Assembly: GCF_003945235.1 (NCBI RefSeq)
Contig: NZ_RSDW01000001.1
Span: 540,001 to 572,000, forward strand
DNA from: Edaphobacter aggregans
GTDB lineage: Bacteria; Acidobacteriota; Terriglobia; Terriglobales; Acidobacteriaceae
Length of the DNA stretch: 32,000 nucleotides
Direction: 5' to 3'
The position numbers and the translations under genes were made by a program. This document shows positions 31,830 to 32,000 of this stretch, in pieces. Below the pieces are notes generated by a model. It saw only the letters and a program-made list of their open reading frames with translations, ran no database searches and was not told where the DNA came from. Numbering within the stretch: position 1 is the first letter of the stretch; every line of letters begins with the position of its first letter.

Positions 31830-32000
31830 TAGATGATTCCTCCTGCAACAACCAGTTCGGGTTCGGTCGTGCCATCCAGCTCTCGCAGGTAGGCATCGAA
31901 GTCTGCCAGTCGCGGACGGACGGCGCGTTCCTCAACATAGTGATTGGTCAGGGCATCGGTCGTCTTAAGCCCGTTGCCGGTGATGCAGGTCACGGTGAGT
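31829..32000 (-). CDS. Threonine-synthase-like PLP enzyme: C-terminal 56 aa only, with the N-terminus beyond the window
   Basis: The minus strand reads LTVTCITGNGLKTTDALTNHYVEERAVRPRLADFDAYLRELDGTTEPELVVAGGII*. The TGNGLK(D/T) string is characteristic of the ThrC C-terminus. The fragment is too short to separate a true ThrC from a ThrC paralogue. Confidence 0.55.
   Translation of the reverse strand, partial: LTVTCITGNGLKTTDALTNHYVEERAVRPRLADFDAYLRELDGTTEPELVVAGGII

Noticed and set aside
1-32000. CRISPR arrays, IS elements, retron/DGR or toxin-antitoxin cassettes
   Set aside because: I noticed no regularly spaced direct repeats, terminal inverted repeats with a transposase, reverse transcriptase, or small paired ORFs with TA-like features. 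The only repeats are protein-level (the GH54 tail) and the two short hairpins.

Overview
The window reads as a chromosomal segment from a moderately GC-rich Gram-negative bacterium. Gene content points to Acidobacteriota (Terriglobia-like): a giant CarboxypepD_reg-type TonB-dependent receptor, many Tat- or Sec-secreted glycoside hydrolases, and no SusD. That taxon call is an inference, not a computation.

**Layout**
- **1-21.2 kb:** a SusD-less, PUL-like glycan-degradation neighbourhood. It holds GH2 (runs off the left edge), GH92, a DSD1-family PLP enzyme, a 1157-aa GH54 multidomain protein, a 1129-aa TonB-dependent receptor and a GHL6/GH42M-like hydrolase.
- **10.4-15.3 kb (interrupting the above):** a decayed patch around a tRNA-Gln(CUG) containing a 5'-truncated DUF4436 ORF, an SLC13 permease fragment and a gamma-glutamyltransferase fragment. 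This is followed by DinB/DUF1572, AIM24/TIGR00266 and an orphan phage-tail-collar (MdpB-like) gene.
- **21.2-32 kb:** tdh, a multicopper oxidase translationally coupled to an unclassified outer-membrane barrel, a sodium:solute symporter plus DmpA/S58 peptidase operon, nrdAB, a 48-aa lmo0937-type membrane peptide, and a thrC-like 3' end coupled to a MoaD/ThiS-type sulfur carrier.

**Most notable observations**
1. The bacterial GH54 protein has a catalytic domain that looks strikingly like fungal AbfB. Its C-terminal lamin-tail-like domain appears split by two blocks of an uncharacterised 35-40 aa repeat.
2. A clear cobalamin riboswitch with a promoter and an SD-sequestering hairpin sits in front of the class Ia nrdAB genes.
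3. The sulfur-carrier protein ends in GG-TV rather than GG and is TAATG-coupled to the thrC-like gene.
4. Gene remnants flank the tRNA-Gln.
5. The orphan tail-collar gene is bracketed by two related GC hairpins, with an AT-rich palindromic operator candidate upstream.

No CRISPR array, intact mobile element or recognisable defence system was seen. All family assignments rest on motif recognition by eye and need HMM or BLAST confirmation.
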